A DNA stretch of 64,000 nt from Nitrosopumilus sp. (GTDB taxonomy: Archaea; Thermoproteota; Nitrososphaeria; Nitrososphaerales; Nitrosopumilaceae), in the NCBI GenBank assembly GCA_965197525.1, contig OZ240211.1, positions 192,001 to 256,000 on the forward strand, read 5' to 3'. Position 1 is the first letter of the stretch. Every line of letters starts with the position of its first letter. The notes beneath the pieces were generated by a model, which saw nothing but the letters and a program-made list of their open reading frames with translations, was not told where the DNA came from and ran no database searches. Shown piece by piece: positions 61,357 to 64,000 of this stretch. A program made the position numbers and the translations under genes.

Positions 61357-62175
61357 TTGGGACTGTTGGCTATGATTGAATTTGATCTCTTTATTCTTGG
61401 TATAGTTGGCTTTGGATTAGGTTGGGCAGTTGGCATGTCAGGATTAACTCTTACATCTGCCCGTTTTTTAGCAGTAGCTACTATTGAATTTTCCATACCT
61501 ACAGCAGTTGGTACAGCTATTGGTGGGACTACATTTAGCATGATACCTGCTGCGCTAAATTACTACAAGACGCGCAGTATTCATACCAAAATATTTGCTG
61601 TAATGGTACCTCCAGGTGTCGCCGGCGCCATCTTGGGGGCACTGTTTATCAGTTTTATTCCTAGTGCTGTCATTATAGCAGTAATCACAGTCTTGATGGT
61701 GTATGGTCTTGTAAGTCTATTGCGTAGTAAAACAATAAAACATGGTGGAGTTCAAACTGTATTACACAAGTATCAATACATCCGAGAAGGTATTGTCGCA
61801 TTTGGATTAGGTTGGCTTGTTGGCATGTTTGGAGTGCTGCTTGTAAATGTAAGATTGCTATCAATGATGGACAAGTTCAAAATCGGGCCAAAAGTTGTAA
61901 TTGGGACTAGTATAGCTATCTCATGTGTTCTCGGATTGACATCCTTTGCAGGGCATACTATTCTTGGTAACGTGAACTTTTTGTTGTTATTTGTTCTAGC
62001 TAGCACTGGGATGGTGGGAGGAATAATTGGCGCTAAATTTACAAATCGCATGAGTCAAAAAAAGTTAAAGATTATACTGATTATCCTATTTTTGTTTATA
62101 ATCAGTTACCTGCTCTTTATGTTGACTAATGTGTTGTTACGACCATCTGTCATTAATTGTAGCACATGTTTCTGA
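61357..62175 (+). CDS. TauE/SafE-family exporter
   Basis: Eight-TM pattern, AVGTAI and VIGTS repeats. Confidence 0.8.
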   Translation: MGLLAMIEFDLFILGIVGFGLGWAVGMSGLTLTSARFLAVATIEFSIPTAVGTAIGGTTFSMIPAALNYYKTRSIHTKIFAVMVPPGVAGAILGALFISFIPSAVIIAVITVLMVYGLVSLLRSKTIKHGGVQTVLHKYQYIREGIVAFGLGWLVGMFGVLLVNVRLLSMMDKFKIGPKVVIGTSIAISCVLGLTSFAGHTILGNVNFLLLFVLASTGMVGGIIGAKFTNRMSQKKLKIILIILFLFIISYLLFMLTNVLLRPSVINCSTCF

Positions 62176-62251
62176 ATATGGAGATTATGTCAGTAACTGT
62201 GCCAACGCAGTCATGATCTGATTAACAATTCGTACTAGTATTAGGATTTAG

Positions 62252-63539
62252 GGTTCTGTGAAGTTATCGGGGGTTATCTGTTAATCCCTAAATTGTATAA
62301 ACCTCTAAACCGTAAGATATTCGTTGAAAGCGATAAAGTCAATATCACAGAAATATACGCCAAACTCTGATCTAATGGATATGATGGCCATATTCACAAA
62401 GATGGTCAATCATTGCATCAAGACAGGATTGAAAGAAGACACTCACAATATGAAGAGGTTGTCCATATTATGTTATCATGAATTACGTAATTATAACATC
62501 CTGTCTTCATACAAACTAAATGCAATATCACGAGCTGCAGGCATGTTATCAAACAGAAAACAATCAATCAAACGAGGTGTCAGAATAAGAGACCCAATAG
62601 TCAAAAATCCCTTTATGACAAACTGTTACGGCATAAAACACAACGGTGCACTATTAACAATCCCATACAAGAAACATAACCCAATCAACATTTTACTCAA
62701 CGTTCACACCCAAAAAATCCTATCTGATCCCGCCTTGACGGTGCGCTCGTTTTCATTGACTGCCCTCAACATCAGTCTTTGTGTTTCAAAAACAGTACAA
62801 GAGATAGAGTGCACCAAGAAAGTGGGAATAGACAGAAACCTAAGAAATGTGACGTGTGGGAACAAGCAAGAGGTGACAGTCTACAAGACAAACAAACTGT
62901 TATCCATAAAGGAGAACACAATACACGCTAGGGCAGGATTCCACAGAAATGATCGCAGAAAGAAAGGTCAATTCTGGAAACAAAGACAGAGACGAATGAG
63001 CAATAGAACAAAGCAGTACATCCACAGAATCTCAAAGGATATAGTAGACAACGCAGTCAAAAACAAGACTGCAATCGTCATGGAAAACCTGAAAGGAATA
63101 AGAAAATTGTACCGAAAAGGAAACAGTCAAGGTAACAAGTACAGGCGTAGATTGAACGGGTGGCAATTCTACGAGTTACAACGCCAAATAGAATACAAAG
63201 CCCAATGGGTCGGGTTGCCTCCAGTCGAGACAGTAGACCCAAGAAACACGAGCACGCAGTGTCCGAAATGCGGAAAGAGACTCCAAGAGGACATGCAACA
63301 ACATCGTAAAATGTCGTGTAATAATTGCGGTTTGTTTATGGACAGGGACATCATCGCTGCCATGAACATATCACGCAAGCTGCCCCCTAGGTTTAGGGGT
63401 AGTAGAGATGACATAGATGAAGCGCAGTCCGGCACTTTTGAGCAGGCGATGACGGAACCCAGCACATCATTGGTAATCCGAATAGTCGATATGTCAAAGT
63501 CAAGTTATAGGGGTTAACCCTCGATAACTTCACAGAACC
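62252..63539 (+). mobile_element. TIR-bounded tnpB-only element (copy 5, 1288 bp)
   Basis: 25-bp TIRs ggttctgtgaagttatcgggggtta / taaccctcgataacttcacagaacc (1 mismatch). Perfect TSD ggatttag (62244-51 / 63540-47). Confidence 0.95.
62324..63517 (+). CDS. tnpB: TnpB-like RNA-guided RuvC nuclease
   Basis: GIDRN, VMENL, CPKCG/CNNCG, DRDIIAAMNI. Confidence 0.92.
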   Translation: MKAIKSISQKYTPNSDLMDMMAIFTKMVNHCIKTGLKEDTHNMKRLSILCYHELRNYNILSSYKLNAISRAAGMLSNRKQSIKRGVRIRDPIVKNPFMTNCYGIKHNGALLTIPYKKHNPINILLNVHTQKILSDPALTVRSFSLTALNISLCVSKTVQEIECTKKVGIDRNLRNVTCGNKQEVTVYKTNKLLSIKENTIHARAGFHRNDRRKKGQFWKQRQRRMSNRTKQYIHRISKDIVDNAVKNKTAIVMENLKGIRKLYRKGNSQGNKYRRRLNGWQFYELQRQIEYKAQWVGLPPVETVDPRNTSTQCPKCGKRLQEDMQQHRKMSCNNCGLFMDRDIIAAMNISRKLPPRFRGSRDDIDEAQSGTFEQAMTEPSTSLVIRIVDMSKSSYRG

Positions 63540-63822
63540 GGATTTAGTACTCAAACAGTGGGTGCACTATTAACCCCAATATAAGACAAGGATGGAAAAA
63601 CATGTTATCTGTTCTGATGAGTGTTAGACATTATAATACAGTCTAACTCTTATTTGTGACTTGTGTCCTAGGTTTTGTGGATTTATTGGGAATTTTTTGC
63701 TGTTTGATACCTGTTCATGCTTTTACCTTGCAACTGTCAATAGTATTTGTGCTGTTTTGTTATTGCCAAACATTGCACAATCTTTGGGTAATCTTTAGAT
63801 TAGACAAATCTCTAAAAATTAC

Positions 63823-64000
63823 ATGGTTACATATAATGAATATCTAAAAAACATTCTTACCAAGATTGTTAATTCATATGACAACCTTGAGTCGATTCAG
63901 GACAACCCCGGTGATCTTGATCATATTAAAAGAGAGATGCTCAAACTTAATGGCTTTATCAAAGTTCTCGTACACAATACCGATGAATACAAAATTCCTT
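63823..64000 (+). CDS. Hypothetical protein, runs off the window end
   Basis: Open frame MVTYNEYLKNILTKIVNSYDNLESIQDNPGDL... to the end of the window. Confidence 0.6.
   Translation, partial: MVTYNEYLKNILTKIVNSYDNLESIQDNPGDLDHIKREMLKLNGFIKVLVHNTDEYKIP

Noticed and set aside
63623-63647. gttagac-N11-gtctaac inverted repeat around a TATA-like core
   Set aside because: Only 7-bp arms, about 175 bp from the next start; plausible operator but unsupported.

Overview
An AT-rich archaeal chromosome segment. The gene content (archaeal aRF1 with a Zn-ribbon insertion, PurP, ND-AspRS with GatCAB, the IPxW...WW secreted-protein motif, several small conserved hypothetical proteins) points to Nitrososphaerota (Thaumarchaeota), Nitrosopumilaceae-like. 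A large BspA/DUF285 surface protein and a high IS load suggest a host-associated lineage; that part is inference. The housekeeping backbone (ilvD, aRF1, purP, aspS-gatCAB, acs, ilvA, purE/purK, thiolase-DUF35, Hjc-like resolvase, tRNA-Phe) is interrupted by at least nine mobile elements or remnants. The most striking signal is five copies of a 1.3-1.4 kb element whose only gene is a catalytically intact TnpB-like RuvC nuclease. The four complete copies are bounded by 24-26 bp terminal inverted repeats starting GGTTCTGT and by 8-bp target-site duplications. These are hallmarks of DDE transposition (IS6/IS1-like ends), not of IS200/IS605 or IS607. The tnpB 3' tail contains a hairpin with compensatory base changes, consistent with an omegaRNA scaffold. 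Other items worth follow-up: a DUF3800-like gene followed by a compact pseudoknot-capable RNA; two stand-alone multi-Cache proteins; a tandem-repeat frameshift in an LLM oxidoreductase; a homopolymer-split PIN toxin; and a compensated frameshift in an HD-domain protein.
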